DNA of 64,000 nucleotides, taken from Phoronis australis (Eukaryota > Animalia > Phoronida). Shown here piece after piece: positions 62,825-64,000 of this stretch. The position numbers were made by a program, and so were the translations under genes. A model generated the notes under the pieces. That model did no database searches and was not told where the DNA came from. It worked only from the letters and a program-made list of their open reading frames with translations. The stretch covers positions 764,803 to 828,802 of the forward strand of contig NMRA01000020.1 of NCBI GenBank assembly GCA_002633005.1, read 5' to 3'. Each line of letters begins with the position of its first letter. Within the stretch, counting starts at the first letter, position 1.

Positions 62825-64000
62825 CTGAAAGGAAAAGGAATAAAAAATAATTAAAAACGAGCGCATGCAACGGAAAATAGACGCATGTTAAAATAAATAT
62901 CACCTTTGAAGTATATGGGAATCTCCAATTTTAGAAACTAAGAATGGTATTTTAAACAGCAGGACTTCCATAGTAAGCCAACAAACGCGAAATTTTCTCT
63001 AATTTGTAGGCCCTATGTGCACAGATGGTATGACGTGCGTGACAATAAGGTTTAAAGTAAGAGATTCCTCATCTTAAAACGATAATAAACCCTGTTTTGA
63101 TGATTTCAACCAATACTCGCTCTGTCACCTTCCGATGCACCATTGGCGTCAATCGCCCAAGTTAGACAGGAATCAACCAAAACATTATACTCCCTATGTC
63201 ACGGACTGGACATTATGGTCTTTGACGAGTGGTATTTTCCCATAGTTGCCGTGTAATTCACTAAGCATAGGTCAGGCTTGCCCGTTTAGCATACTTTGAA
63301 AGGAGTTTTCGAATTTTCCTCCAAACTTTTGAGGGTTGTCAAGGCTTACAGAGCATTATTTGGTTTCAGAGAACTGGATGGGAAAGTCGTTTTTAGTATC
63401 TGTTCATAGGCCAAGACCGGGTTTGGTAGTAGCCTTTTAAGCAAAAAAGCTTATCGTCCAGATAATTGTCATTACAATAGGTACAACAAACATGGTAATG
63501 AACAATCGTATAAATAATAAAAGGAACGTGAAGATACAACGGTAATGAATTACAGTTAATTCAACAATGACAAAGCATGAAATCTTACATGAAAATGATA
63601 ATGATAAGATTAAAAACAATATTTAAATATAAATATTTTGAATGCAATGTACAAATAATTGTGATGTTGGAAATCATATGAAAGACACCTATACCCCAGA
63701 TAATGATTATTAACTTGAACAAAGGTGGTGCAAACGCTTCTTAAAATGGATAAAAGTATTTCTGTGTTTAAATTGACCAAGGAGATCATTCCACTCTCGA
63801 ATGGCAAGAATAAAAAATGCTTTGCATAAAAAGTAGTGCTGTGTCTAAGTATCGGAAGGTTATGTCGTGAGGCAAAACGAGAATTTGCTCCATGTGTGGA
63901 GTAAACTGGTATAATATTTCTGGTAAGGTATTCTGGTGCACCACCGCAGACTGCGGGACCTACATGCTACAAACACTGACGCAGAAAACAGGATCTGCAT

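Noticed and set aside
63840-64000. Possible upstream exon of the Ly6-like gene
   Set aside because: No frame gives the expected Cys spacing with a usable splice donor.

Overview
Animal (probably marine invertebrate) genomic DNA, rich in repeats, with three assembly gaps (8518-9127, 24875-25420, 48709-49082). There are no prokaryotic features, rRNA, tRNA or CRISPR arrays. Host coding sequence is limited to two genes. One is a complete three-exon minus-strand tandem-GNAT acetyltransferase gene (54718-47057, 301 aa, all splice phases consistent). The other is the last exon of a GPI-anchored Ly6/uPAR (quiver-like) gene (62824-62613). The rest is nested transposon debris: two Kolobok families, Crypton and DIRS/Ngaro tyrosine-recombinase elements, hAT, Harbinger, ISL2EU-like and other THAP elements, Penelope-like elements with hammerhead-like motifs, HERO, L1/Tx1, CR1-like and RTEX-like LINEs, and many MITEs. 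Three observations stand out. (1) A young, inverted pair of Kolobok elements brackets the 87-bp symmetric exon 2 of the GNAT gene; their ~158-bp TIRs each carry an ETS-CRE plus E2F motif cassette aimed at two convergent genes (THAP transposase and a P2X7-ballast-like KolX). (2) About 20 TACATGTA sites occur, several of which look like +6 insertions and match Tc1/mariner excision footprints. (3) Penelope-like elements carry variant hammerhead cores. All family assignments come from motif recognition by eye, not from database searches.
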